From contig JAGZFB010000001.1 of assembly GCA_018368055.1 (NCBI GenBank), forward strand, positions 22,426-86,425: DNA of 64,000 nucleotides, read 5' to 3'. Shown here piece by piece: positions 20,711 through 30,848 of the stretch; the stretch's first letter is position 1; each line of letters opens with the position of its first letter. The translations under genes and the position numbers were made by a program. The notes beneath the pieces are model-generated. The model had not been told where the DNA came from. It did no database searches and saw only the letters and a program-made list of their open reading frames with translations. Source of the DNA: Collinsella sp. (GTDB lineage: Bacteria; Actinomycetota; Coriobacteriia; Coriobacteriales; Coriobacteriaceae).

Positions 20711-22444
20711 ATGCATACGATGTCGCAAAACGATCGAACTCAACTGATTCCCGATCCGCAGCAGCCGAGCAGGCACACCGGCGGCGTTCAGTCGCCGCGT
20801 CCTATCGCGCCGAGCCACGGTCAGCAGCGTAGTGCAGCAAACGCTTCCCAACGCCCGAACCAACAGCATCAGCAACGTCAGCAGCGCCAGGCAAACGGCA
20901 ATGTGTCCAAGCAGCCCCCCACGCACGCTCGAGGCGATTGCGGCCCCGCGCGCAAGTCCGCCGGCAACAATAAGTCGGGCAAAAAGACGACGCTCTTTGT
21001 CGTCCTGGGTCTTATCGTCATTGTCTATATCGTAGGCATCGTAGCGTTTTCGCAGCTAGCCTACCCCAACACCACCATCGCCGGCGTCGACGTCTCGTTC
21101 TCCAACGCTTCGTCTGCCGCCACCAAGGTCAATTCGGCATGGAAGCACTATAAGCTCGCCGTGACAGGCGATGACTTTAGCTGGACCTATCAGCCCGAGT
21201 CCGATGAACCCATCGTCGATGGCGAAGCTGCCGCAAAAGAGATCATCAACCACAACGAAGCCTTTATTTGGCCGGTCCGCCTTGTGGAATCCTTAAGCGG
21301 CAAGACCAAAACAACCGCTACCTCCAACGAAGTCGATCTTGATCAAGACGTCAACCTGTCCATGCTCTCCGACACCTTTGACCAAAAGAAGTTTGAGAAG
21401 GATCTGGGCGCCGCCATCAACGAGTTTAACGAGGGCCGTTCGGGCACGTTCGAGGCCAATAGCTCCTATGACGAGCAGGCCGGCAAGTTTACCGTCGAGA
21501 AGGCGCGCTCCAACGAAAAACTCAACCGCGAGCATGTCATTAAGTATGCCGAGCTCGAGCTTGCCTCGCTGGCCGAGTCCGTAGATCTTTCCAAGCTCGG
21601 CAACGATGCCTATGAGCCGCTCAATGGAACGCTGACCGATGATCAGATTCAGGCCGCATGCGATGCCGCCAACAACTTCCTGGGCGTCAACGTGACCCTC
21701 AAGCTCAACGGCGAGGATGCCGGCAAGGTTGATGGCAGCTCCGTCTTACAGTGGATCAGCTTTGCCGATCCGGCCAGCCCCACGCTCGATACGTCACAGA
21801 TCAGCAGCTGGGCAGCCGAGCTCGCCAACGGCTTTAATACCGTGGGCTCCACTCGCTGGTGGACGCGCGCCGATGGCAAGCAGTGCGCCGTCGAAGGCGG
21901 TGACTTTGGTTGGTCCATCGACAGCAGCTCGCTCGCCAAGCAGGTCGAGGACGCCATTAACAACAAGCAGACCGGAGAAATCGAGATCAAGTACTCCCAG
22001 AAGGCCGACACCTTTACCGCAAAGGGAGAGCCCGACTGGAAGGCGTATATCGACGTCGACTTGTCCGAACAGCACGCGCGCTACTATGACGAGAGCGGAA
22101 ATATCGTTTGGGAGGCCAACTTTATCTCGGGCAAGCCGGGCGAGGACGCCACCCCCGAAGGCGTGTGGCAGATCAACAGCAACGACGGCGGCAGTACCCT
22201 GATCGGAGCCAAGGACCCCGAGACCGGTAAGCCCAAATACGAAAGCCCGGTGAGCTACTGGATGCCGTTCGAGGGCAATATGATCGGCTTCCACGATGCC
22301 ACCTGGCAAAACGACAAGAGCTTCGATAATGCCGAGTCGTACAAGTGGTGCGGCAGCCACGGTTGCATCAACCTGCGCCTGGCAGACGCCAAGGCACTTC
22401 ACGACTGCATCAAAGTCGGCCTGTGCGTGGTTGTCCACTCGTAG
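20711..22444 (+). CDS. L,D-transpeptidase family membrane protein
   Basis: Gln/Pro/Arg-rich cytoplasmic N-terminal region, one TM helix (LFVVLGLIVIVYIVGIVAF), extracellular domains, and a C-terminal YkuD domain with catalytic GSHGCINL. Confidence 0.8.
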   Translation: MHTMSQNDRTQLIPDPQQPSRHTGGVQSPRPIAPSHGQQRSAANASQRPNQQHQQRQQRQANGNVSKQPPTHARGDCGPARKSAGNNKSGKKTTLFVVLGLIVIVYIVGIVAFSQLAYPNTTIAGVDVSFSNASSAATKVNSAWKHYKLAVTGDDFSWTYQPESDEPIVDGEAAAKEIINHNEAFIWPVRLVESLSGKTKTTATSNEVDLDQDVNLSMLSDTFDQKKFEKDLGAAINEFNEGRSGTFEANSSYDEQAGKFTVEKARSNEKLNREHVIKYAELELASLAESVDLSKLGNDAYEPLNGTLTDDQIQAACDAANNFLGVNVTLKLNGEDAGKVDGSSVLQWISFADPASPTLDTSQISSWAAELANGFNTVGSTRWWTRADGKQCAVEGGDFGWSIDSSSLAKQVEDAINNKQTGEIEIKYSQKADTFTAKGEPDWKAYIDVDLSEQHARYYDESGNIVWEANFISGKPGEDATPEGVWQINSNDGGSTLIGAKDPETGKPKYESPVSYWMPFEGNMIGFHDATWQNDKSFDNAESYKWCGSHGCINLRLADAKALHDCIKVGLCVVVHS

Positions 22445-22575
22445 TGCAACGCGCGCATTCCTACAACGTGGAACCGCTGCGACCAATCTAACAGTTCCGA
22501 AAGAAACCGTCCTATGCGCCCGCCCCAACCGGTGGGCGCATATAATTATCGAGGTTCTTTCTATAAAGGAGACGC

Positions 22576-24013
22576 TATGCCGAATGTCCCCACGATCACC
22601 CCAGGCCCAGATGATACCGAGCGCACGCCCGAAGGTGCCACCGAAACGATTCCTCTGATTTCAAACGTATATGCCGACAAGCAGAGCGGACGCGCGAACG
22701 ATACGGCCGAGATTTCCGATGAAGAGGCATATGCCAAGCTCAAGGCAAAACGTGCCGAACGTCGATGCAAAAAGCTGATTCGACGCGGTATTGCCGCCGG
22801 CGTCGTAGGTGCCATCGCGCTCCTTGCCATTGTCGCAACCCTGGTTATCAATGCGCAGCCTCAGGGCGCTAGCGGGCCTGTGACCGACATGGTGACCGAG
22901 GGCACGTTTACCACATCGGTCGAGGCGAAAGGGCAGCTCAAACCCATTTCGTCCTCAGTGGTCTCCCCTTCTGTCGACGGTACGGTCGATTCGATCAACG
23001 TGCAGGCAGGCCAATCCGTCAGCGAGGGCGACGTGCTTATGACCATTAAAAATGACGAGCTCGATCGCAACGTTGCCGAGGCGCAGCGTACAGTTGCTGC
23101 CGCTCAAGAAGACCTCGCTAACGCGAAGAAAGCCGCAGCTGCCGCGCAGGCCACCCCAACAACGGACGTCGATGGAGGTTCCGCAGCGGCTGGCGTCTCC
23201 GACGCATCAGCGGACACGAACGCCGTATCGGCCGCGCAGCGCAGCCTCGCATCGGCCCAGGCAAACCTCGATCAGGCGAACGCCAAGGCAGCCAGCCGTA
23301 CGGTCACGGCCCCGAGCTCGGGCAGCATCGTGGAGCTCAACGCCAAGGTGGGCGCCACGGTAACAGGCGGCATGATCATGGGCGAAAGCGATACGAGCGG
23401 CGGCAAGCAGTGCATGCAGATCGCCGACCTATCCAAGATGAAGGTGACCGTGCAGGTGGGCGAAAAGGACATCGCCAAGATCGCCGTTGGGCAGAGCGCC
23501 AACGTCACGTATCCCGCGTTTCCCGATATCGTGAGCCAGGGCACCGTCACGGCTATCGCGTCGGTGGCAAACTCCGACGCCGCTAACGATGGCGGCGGCA
23601 GCGTAACCTTTAACGTCGACATCCTCATCGAGTCGCCCGACGCGCGCCTGAAGCCGGGCATGACGGCCGAGGTATCGGTGGTGACCGAGCAGCTCGACGA
23701 CGTGGTGATGGTGCCGACGATGGCGCTCATGACCGAAGACGGCGAACACTATTACGTCAACGTGGCGACTGATGAAGAGGGCAAGCAAACCCGTCGCGTG
23801 AAGGTGACCGTCGTGACGCAAAACGACAACGAAGCCGTAGTCGGCAAGACACAGGTCAAGCGCGACGACCAGGGCAACGAGATCAACCCCAACGTGCCGG
23901 TTACCAAGCTGCGCGATGGCGACACCCTCGTCATGGACACCGGAGCGGACGCAACGGCTGACGGCGGCTACGGCGCGGATTCGGGCAGTATGTCTGCCGA
24001 CGAGGGCATGTAA
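22576..24013 (+). CDS. efflux ABC transporter periplasmic adaptor subunit (HlyD/MacA-like)
   Basis: N-terminal TM anchor, biotinyl/lipoyl-like hairpin domain (QAGQSVSEGDVLMTI), long coiled-coil segment and beta-barrel C-terminus. AGGAG RBS precedes MPNVPT. Confidence 0.8.
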
Positions 24014-24786
24014 TGCGTCCCGTTATCGACATCCGCAACGTGCACCGCATCTTTGAGAGCGAGGCGGGGTGCGCCCACATCCTGCACAACGTGAGCCTGG
24101 CGGTAGAACCCGGCGAATTCGTCGCTATCACTGGCCCCTCGGGCTCGGGCAAATCAACGCTCATGAACATCCTAGGCTGCCTGGATAAGCCGACGGCGGG
24201 CGACTACTACTTGCAAGGGCTCAACGTGGCCGAGCTCGATGATGACGAGCTCACCGAAGTTCGCGCCCTGAGCATTGGCTTTGTCTTTCAGAGCTTCAAC
24301 CTGCTGCCGCGCCTGTCGGTTATCGAAAACGTCATGCTGCCGCTGGCCTACACCAATGTGCCCCGTAGCCAGCGCGAAATGCGCGCCGTACACGCGCTGC
24401 AGGCCGTCACGCTACCGGCCGACCACTGGGACCACCGCATATCCGAGCTCTCGGGCGGCCAGATGCAGCGTGTCGCCATCGCGCGCGCCCTTGTCAATGA
24501 CCCGCCCATCATCCTGGCCGACGAGCCGACGGGAAACCTGGACTCCGCCACTGGAGCGCTTGTGATGGAGACCTTCCATAAGCTCCAGAAGCGCGGCAAA
24601 ACCATCGTTCTTATCACACACGACCCCGGCATCGCCGCCGAGGCCGACCGTGCCGTGACCATCCGCGACGGTCGCATTCACGACGGCGCGTATATTCCAC
24701 ATGCACCGCGGACCCTGCGCAGCGCCGTAGATAGCCTGCCCATGATTTCCGCCTCCGCCAACCCGCCGAAAGGAGTGGTGGCATGA
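24013..24786 (+). CDS. ABC transporter ATP-binding protein (MacB/LolD-type)
   Basis: Walker A GPSGSGKST, signature LSGGQMQRV, Walker B ILADEPT. Start overlaps the adaptor stop (TAATG). Confidence 0.9.
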   Translation: MRPVIDIRNVHRIFESEAGCAHILHNVSLAVEPGEFVAITGPSGSGKSTLMNILGCLDKPTAGDYYLQGLNVAELDDDELTEVRALSIGFVFQSFNLLPRLSVIENVMLPLAYTNVPRSQREMRAVHALQAVTLPADHWDHRISELSGGQMQRVAIARALVNDPPIILADEPTGNLDSATGALVMETFHKLQKRGKTIVLITHDPGIAAEADRAVTIRDGRIHDGAYIPHAPRTLRSAVDSLPMISASANPPKGVVA

Positions 24787-25997
24787 GCGCCCGCGATCTC
24801 ATCCAGGAAGCCCTTCACTCGCTCGAAGCCAACAAGGGGCGCAGCCTGCTCACCATCCTGGGCATTGTCATCGGCATCGCCTCGGTTATCGCCATGACTT
24901 CGCTCATCGGCGGTATCCAAAACAGCCTGGTCAACAGTCTGGGCCTCAATGCGGCACGCATGGTGCAAATCTATTCGTCGCAAGAACTCACCGAGTCGGA
25001 CATCGAGAAGCTTCAAAAACTGGTGCCGCAGATAGAGCAGATCGGCATTGTCGACAGCGCGTATACCGAGTATAAGACCGGCGATAAAAGCTATACCGTC
25101 ATGGCACAAGGTGTCGATAGCGACATGCTCGACGCGGTGGGGGCCAGCAAGCTCGTTGCGGGGCGCACCTATTCCCAGGCCGAGTCCCAGTCAGGCTCGC
25201 GCGTGGCGCTCATCAGCCGCAACGGCGCCGATCAGCTTTACGGCAACGAACAGGATGCGCTGGGGAAAACCATCAAGGTGTCCAACGGCGAGGTGCAGAT
25301 TGTAGGCGTGATAGATGGTGGCAGCGACTCCATGGGCTCGCTCACGCTGTATATGCCACGCGAAACCATCTCCGGCCTGTTTGGTGACGAGAATCCTTCA
25401 TTCCCCAGCGTGACGGCACTTGCCGCCGAGGGCACGGACATGGATGAGCTTTGTAAGACCATCGAGTCAAAGGTGCGCGCGATGAAGGGCATCGAGGAGG
25501 AGGATGGGTACGACAGTGTATCGGCGACATCCATGAAAAGCGCCATCGATGCGCTCAACTCCTTTATGGGCGCGTTCTCGCTCATCATGGGTGCTGTCGC
25601 CAGCATCTCGCTGCTTGTCGGCGGTATCGGCATTATGAATATGATGCTTACCAACGTAACGGAGCGCATCCGCGAGATCGGCATCCGCCGCGCTCTGGGC
25701 GCAAGTCGTCGCGATATCACCGCGCAGTTTTTGGCCGAATCCTCGGCGCTGTGCGTCACCGGCGGACTGCTAGGTGTCCTGATTGGCTATCTGCTGGCAT
25801 GGGGCCTCGCGATGTTTGCCTCCGGATCCGGGATTCTTGGCGAGCTCGGTGCCAGCGGGCAAATCACACCGAGTTTTTCAATCGCCACGGTGATGCTGGC
25901 CTTCGCCGTCTCCGTCGGCATCGGCGTGATCTTTGGCTTCTACCCCGCTCGCCGCGCGGCGAAGCTCGACCCGGTGGAGTGCCTACGCTACCAGTAA
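24783..25997 (+). CDS. ABC transporter permease, FtsX/MacB-type
   Basis: 404 aa. N-terminal TM helix, large extracytoplasmic domain and C-terminal FtsX-like 3-TM bundle. Translationally coupled to the ATPase. Confidence 0.85.
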   Translation: MSARDLIQEALHSLEANKGRSLLTILGIVIGIASVIAMTSLIGGIQNSLVNSLGLNAARMVQIYSSQELTESDIEKLQKLVPQIEQIGIVDSAYTEYKTGDKSYTVMAQGVDSDMLDAVGASKLVAGRTYSQAESQSGSRVALISRNGADQLYGNEQDALGKTIKVSNGEVQIVGVIDGGSDSMGSLTLYMPRETISGLFGDENPSFPSVTALAAEGTDMDELCKTIESKVRAMKGIEEEDGYDSVSATSMKSAIDALNSFMGAFSLIMGAVASISLLVGGIGIMNMMLTNVTERIREIGIRRALGASRRDITAQFLAESSALCVTGGLLGVLIGYLLAWGLAMFASGSGILGELGASGQITPSFSIATVMLAFAVSVGIGVIFGFYPARRAAKLDPVECLRYQ

Positions 25998-26009
25998 GCC
26001 ACCACCAAC

Positions 26010-26078
26010 AAGTTGCGGTGAATTAGGGACTAAATATGCTATCTAGCAGCAAATACAGACACTATTTCACCGCAACTT
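26010..26078. repeat. small palindromic element of the AAGTTGCGGTGAAATAGGGACT inverted-repeat family (copy 1, imperfect), 3' of the efflux permease
   Basis: Arms aagttgcggtgaattagggact ... ctatttcaccgcaactt. Core ttgcggtgaa / ttcaccgcaa is a 13-bp perfect repeat. AT-rich loop. A second, perfect copy lies at 56749-56817. Confidence 0.7.
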
Positions 26079-26208
26079 ATTGAAGGGCTGCTTGCGCCAG
26101 TTCCGGGCGTCGTCCTCGAGCTATTGGCGGATGACGGGCTTGTACGGGTCGAGCTTGCTCGGGGCGCTCCTCTTCGCGGGCGGGAGGGCGCGCAGGCGCG
26201 GCGAGCGC

Positions 26209-26982
26209 CTAGCGCGCGAACTCCCGTAAGAGCGCGTCTTCCACTTCCATAAGCGAAAGGGCCCCGCCTCCCTCGGCGGGACGGGCGACCACGATACAGC
26301 GCGCTCCCACGTCGCGCGCGGAGGCGATCTTCTCGGCCGTGCCGCCTACGGTTCCCGAGTCCTTGGTCACAAGCCACTGGGCGCCCACCTGCCGAAGCAT
26401 CGCCTCGTTGAGCTCGCGGGTGAAGGGCCCCTGCATGCCGATGATGTGCGATGGCGAAAACCCCGCGTCGATGCACTTCGTTATAGCACCGGGCAGCGGG
26501 AGCACACGCACGAAGAAGCGCTCCGCGTAATCGGCGAGGCGCGTGTAGGGAGCAAGCTCCTTGCTCCCCGTCGTGAGAAGCGCGCGACCCGGGTTCTCGG
26601 AGAGAAAGCGCGCCGCGCAGGCGATCGACGTGACCGAGACGACGCCTTTGGGCAGCGCCTCGACCGGGCGCGCAAGGCGCAGGCATCGTGCACCCACGGC
26701 GAGCGAAGCGGCTCGGATGTTGCCGCTTGCGAGCGTAGCGAAGGGGTGCGTGGCGTCGACGACGATGCGCGCGCCGGAAAGCTCGCGCTCCATGTCGGCC
26801 TCGTCGAGCCTGCCCGCATGTACCTCAATGCCCGGAAGCTCGCCCAAAAGCTCGCCTCCGTACTCGGTTGCCGCGTAAGCACGGGCGGGGATGCCCGCCC
26901 CGCTCGCCCATTCGCACAGAAGGCGGCCCTCGGTGGTGCCGGCGAAGATGCGCAGCGCCGGCGCGGATGCGGGCGCCGTCAC
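26209..26982 (-). CDS. cbiJ: cobalt-precorrin-6A reductase
   Basis: 257 aa, CobK/CbiJ family (IFAGTTEG..., ...TKDSG...). Last gene of the cob operon. Confidence 0.8.
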   Translation of the reverse strand: MTAPASAPALRIFAGTTEGRLLCEWASGAGIPARAYAATEYGGELLGELPGIEVHAGRLDEADMERELSGARIVVDATHPFATLASGNIRAASLAVGARCLRLARPVEALPKGVVSVTSIACAARFLSENPGRALLTTGSKELAPYTRLADYAERFFVRVLPLPGAITKCIDAGFSPSHIIGMQGPFTRELNEAMLRQVGAQWLVTKDSGTVGGTAEKIASARDVGARCIVVARPAEGGGALSLMEVEDALLREFAR

Positions 26983-27620
26983 TTCGGGCCGCCTGGGCGC
27001 GTGATCTGGTAGAGCAGCGCGTTCATAATGGCGGCCGCCACGGTCGAGCCGCCCTTGCGACCCCTCGCGACGATGGCCGGCACGCGTCGCACGAGTAGCT
27101 CCTCTTTCGCCTCGACCACGTTCACAAACCCGACCGGCACCCCAACGACGAGCGCGGGCGCGATCTTCCCCGCGTCCATGAGCTCGGCGAGGCGCAGAAG
27201 TGCTGTGGGAGCGTTACCGACGGCCACGATGAGCGGACCCTCGATGCCGCAAGCTTTGTCCATGCTCGCTACGGCGCGAGTCGTGCCCGCGGCGCGCGCA
27301 GCCGCGGCGACATCAGGGTCGGCCATGTAGCACACGGTCTTGCAGCCGAGCTTCGCGAGCGCGGGCTTGCTTATGCCTGCGAGCGCCATGTTCGTGTCGG
27401 TGAGCACCGTGGCCCCTGCGTGCAGTGCGTCGAGCGCACAGTGCGCGGCGTCATGGGTAAATACGAGGGAATCGGCGTACGAGAAGTCGGCAGTGGTGTG
27501 GATGACGCGCTTCACGACGGGCTCTTCAAGCGGCGGGAACGTGCGGCCGCCGAGCTCTTCGGTGATGATCTCAAAGCTGCGCCGCTCGATGTCGCCGGGC
27601 GCCATCTCCTTGGAATCCAT
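26979..27620 (-). CDS. cbiC: cobalt-precorrin-8 methylmutase
   Basis: 213 aa, CobH/CbiC fold (HTTADFSYADSL, VAVGNAPTAL). Confidence 0.85.
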   Translation of the reverse strand: MDSKEMAPGDIERRSFEIITEELGGRTFPPLEEPVVKRVIHTTADFSYADSLVFTHDAAHCALDALHAGATVLTDTNMALAGISKPALAKLGCKTVCYMADPDVAAAARAAGTTRAVASMDKACGIEGPLIVAVGNAPTALLRLAELMDAGKIAPALVVGVPVGFVNVVEAKEELLVRRVPAIVARGRKGGSTVAAAIMNALLYQITRPGGPK

Positions 27621-28136
27621 CTAGTACTCCACTCCTTCCCTTGCACATATCCCCTGCTCGTAGGGGTGTTTCTCGCACCGCATCTCGGTTATGTAGTCGG
27701 CCTTCTCCACAATCTTGCGGGAAGGCGCGCGCCCGGTGAGCGCAACTTCGACGCCGCGCGCGGACATATCGAGCGCACGGTCCACGAGCGCCTCGTCGAC
27801 AAGCCCCTTCGAAAGCGCGTCGAGCGCCTCGTCGAGCACGAGCAGTCCCTCCTGCGCGCCCTCGAGCTCGGCGAGCGCAGAAGCGAGGTTCCCATCGTGC
27901 AGCTCGCACGTCGCGGCAAGTTCTTCCGACGTCATTGACCAGGTAAACTTGTCCGACACCTTCCCCGCGAACACGGGCACGCCGAAATGCTCGGCGAGCA
28001 GGCGCGCCTCCCCGCTTTCGCCGTCTTTCAGGAACTGCACGACGACGACGCGGCGGCCTGCGGCGAGCATGCGAAGGGCGAGGCCCATCGCCGCCGTGGT
28101 CTTGCCTTTGCCGTCGCCATGATACACGTGGATCAT
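27621..28136 (-). CDS. cobO: cob(I)yrinic acid a,c-diamide adenosyltransferase
   Basis: MIHVYHGDGKGKTTAAMGLALR P-loop. Roughly 172 aa BtuR/CobA/CobO family. Start set at MIHVY to avoid overlap with cbiP. Confidence 0.85.
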   Translation of the reverse strand: MIHVYHGDGKGKTTAAMGLALRMLAAGRRVVVVQFLKDGESGEARLLAEHFGVPVFAGKVSDKFTWSMTSEELAATCELHDGNLASALAELEGAQEGLLVLDEALDALSKGLVDEALVDRALDMSARGVEVALTGRAPSRKIVEKADYITEMRCEKHPYEQGICAREGVEY

Positions 28137-29611
28137 ACGCCCTCCTCGATAATGCGGTAGACATACTCCATGTCGAGCGCCCCGCGCACGACGTCGGCCA
28201 GACGGTCGAACTCGCGCGCACGGTGATCGGCCGCGGACGCCGCGCCCGCAGTACCCACGACGCTCTCGGGCAGGCCGCGCATGCGCGCGAGCGAGCGCGC
28301 GAGGGCGAGCGCCACCCCCGGTTCGTCGAACAGGCCGTGGAGATAGGTTCCGAACACGTTTCCGCAGGCCGCGCCTTCTGGTTTGCCGCCAATCGTGCCC
28401 GCAGGGGCGCAGGAGACGGTCGTTTCGCCGTCGTGAATCTCGTACCCGCGCGCCGTCATGCCGTTCCACACCGAGAACGCGCCTTGGGCGCCCGTGATGC
28501 GCAGCTCCGACTGGGCGAGGCGCTTTTCCTCCTTGAACACCGTACTTGCAGGGATGAGCCCGAGCCCGCGCGCGGTGCCAGCGCCTTCCCTGCCGTGCGG
28601 GTCGGAAAGCTCGTCTCCCAAAAGCTGGTAACCTCCGCATATGCCGAGCACTGGCGTGCCCGCGCCCGAAAGCGCGCGCACACAGGCTCCGATGCCGCTA
28701 GCCGCAAGCCAGCGCGCGTCGTCGAGCGTGGTCTTCGAGCCGGGGAGCACCACCAGGTCGGGTCGGCCCAGATCGGTCGTCGAGGAAACGTAGCGCACGC
28801 CCATGCCGGGCACGCGCGAAAGCGGGTCGAAGTCGGTGAAGTTCGACAGATGCGGAAGGCGCACGACGGCGACGTCGATGATGCCGCGCGCCTCGCGGGC
28901 AGATAGGCGCGGCGCGAGCGAGTCCTCGTCGTCCAGGTCGAGCGTAAGATACGGCACGACCCCCACGACGGGAACCCCGCACATCTTCTCGAGCGGGGCC
29001 AAACCCGGGCGCAGGATTTCCACATCGCCGCGGAACTTGTTCACCACAAGCCCCCGCAAAAGAGCGCGATCCTCGGGCGCAAAGAGCGCGACCGTGCCGT
29101 AGAGCTGGGCAAACACCCCGCCTGGGTCGATGTCGCCCGCGAGCAGCACGGGGGAGGACACGGCGCGCGCGAGCCCCATGTTGACGATGTCGTTTTCGGC
29201 AAGGTTAATTTCGACGGGGCTGCCGGCGCCCTCGATGACGATGACGTCGTTTTCCTCCGCGAGCGAATCGAACGCCTCCAAAATCTGCGGCATGAGCGCC
29301 TTCTTTCGCGCGAAGTAGTCCCTCGCAGCGAAGGCTCCCTGCGCCTTGCCGGCCACGATGAGCTGGCTTCGGTGGTCGCTTTCGGGCTTGAGCAGGATGG
29401 GGTTCATGCGCACGTCGGGCGCGATGCCGCACGCCTCGGCCTGCATGATCTGGGCGCGCCCCATCTCGAGACCGTCGGCCGTGACACCGCTGTTGAGCGC
29501 CATGTTCTGGCTCTTGAAGGGAGCCACGCGCAGGCCGTCCTGCGAAAGCACACGGCACAGCCCCGCCGCAAGCAGGCTCTTCCCCGCATTCGACATGGTG
29601 CCCTGGATCAT
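28133..29611 (-). CDS. cbiP: cobyric acid synthase
   Basis: MIQGTMSNAGKSLLAAGLCR N-terminal ATPase, C-terminal glutamine amidotransferase (GICGGYQ). Start set at MIQG. Confidence 0.88.
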   Translation of the reverse strand: MIQGTMSNAGKSLLAAGLCRVLSQDGLRVAPFKSQNMALNSGVTADGLEMGRAQIMQAEACGIAPDVRMNPILLKPESDHRSQLIVAGKAQGAFAARDYFARKKALMPQILEAFDSLAEENDVIVIEGAGSPVEINLAENDIVNMGLARAVSSPVLLAGDIDPGGVFAQLYGTVALFAPEDRALLRGLVVNKFRGDVEILRPGLAPLEKMCGVPVVGVVPYLTLDLDDEDSLAPRLSAREARGIIDVAVVRLPHLSNFTDFDPLSRVPGMGVRYVSSTTDLGRPDLVVLPGSKTTLDDARWLAASGIGACVRALSGAGTPVLGICGGYQLLGDELSDPHGREGAGTARGLGLIPASTVFKEEKRLAQSELRITGAQGAFSVWNGMTARGYEIHDGETTVSCAPAGTIGGKPEGAACGNVFGTYLHGLFDEPGVALALARSLARMRGLPESVVGTAGAASAADHRAREFDRLADVVRGALDMEYVYRIIEEGV

Positions 29612-29624
29612 GATGGGCTTCGCC

Positions 29625-30848
29625 CTACCCACGGGTATCGACCTCCTTCGCCGAGCCTCGGCCATCCGCGCCCGCCATAGCGCCGCTGCAAGAAGCGCCG
29701 CCCCGTTCGTCGGGTTCGCCTTCGCCCGATGCGCCTTCCGCCCGAAGCGCGCGGCTGAACGCCATCGCAAGCCGGGCATTCTCCTTGCGCGTGCGCACCG
29801 CGACGCGGCACCAGAAACGGGACAGTACCGAAAACGAGTCGCACGTGCGGACCAAAACCCCCTGTTTATACAGGCGCTCGGGGATGTCTTTCGCCGGCGT
29901 GCGGACTAAAAGGAAGTTCGCATCCGACGGCACGACGGAAAGCCCGAGCGAGGAGAGCTCGTGGGAAAGCCACGCTCGCTCGCCCGCCAATACATCGCGC
30001 GTGCGCGAAACGTATTCGACGTCTTCCAGGGCGGCGATGCCCGCGGCCTCGGCGACCGAGGAGACGGGCCACGCCTGCCCCGCCCGACGAATCCCCTCGA
30101 TGAGTTGGGCGTTTCCGCTGATCAGATACCCCAACCGCAACCCTGCCATTCCGTAGAGCTTGGTGAACGCGGAGAGCACGGCCACATGGCGCGAACACGC
30201 GGCGCGTGCGGCCACGCTCCTTTCGCGGGCGTCGGGCGCAAATCCGAGGAAGCACTCGTCCACGACGAGCAGTGCGCCCACCTGCTCGCAGCGGCAAGCC
30301 GCGGCATCGATCACGCTGGGGTCGACGAGGCGCCCCGTCGGGTTGTTCGGATTGCAGAGGTACGCCACGTCTCCCGGCCCCTCGATCGCGCGGGCGAAGG
30401 AGGCGGGCACGTCGAAGTCGTCCGCTTCGGAGAGCGGGAACTCCTGCACGCATGCGCCATAGTACGATGCCGCCTCCGCATATTCAGAGAACGTCGGCGC
30501 GCACACGACGATGCGTTTCGGGCGCACCGCCGCGGCGAGCCGCCAGATGATGTCGGACGCGCCCGCGCCGCAGACGATAGTATCTTCGGGAATGCCCTGG
30601 GCGCGCGCTAGGGCGCGAACGAGGGCGAGACTTTCCCTATCGGGGTAGGCGTCGATTCGAGAAAGCGCCTTGCAAGCTGCGGCGACGGCGCGCGGCGAGG
30701 GGCCTGCCGGATTCACGTTCACCGAGAAGTCAATGAGGTCGGAGGCGCCCCCTTCGCAAGCGATGCCGAGCGATTGCGAGCTGCCCCCATGCGTACGGGC
30801 GCGCAGGATTCCCCCAGCAGCCCGGGGCGCGGCGTGGTCTTCCCTCAT
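29625..30848 (-). CDS. cobD: L-threonine-O-3-phosphate decarboxylase (class II aminotransferase family)
   Basis: PLP-fold with NPNNPTG and SAFTKLYGMAGLRLGY (Lys). Short Ala/Gly-rich C-terminal tail. Confidence 0.75.
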   Translation of the reverse strand: MREDHAAPRAAGGILRARTHGGSSQSLGIACEGGASDLIDFSVNVNPAGPSPRAVAAACKALSRIDAYPDRESLALVRALARAQGIPEDTIVCGAGASDIIWRLAAAVRPKRIVVCAPTFSEYAEAASYYGACVQEFPLSEADDFDVPASFARAIEGPGDVAYLCNPNNPTGRLVDPSVIDAAACRCEQVGALLVVDECFLGFAPDARERSVAARAACSRHVAVLSAFTKLYGMAGLRLGYLISGNAQLIEGIRRAGQAWPVSSVAEAAGIAALEDVEYVSRTRDVLAGERAWLSHELSSLGLSVVPSDANFLLVRTPAKDIPERLYKQGVLVRTCDSFSVLSRFWCRVAVRTRKENARLAMAFSRALRAEGASGEGEPDERGGASCSGAMAGADGRGSAKEVDTRG

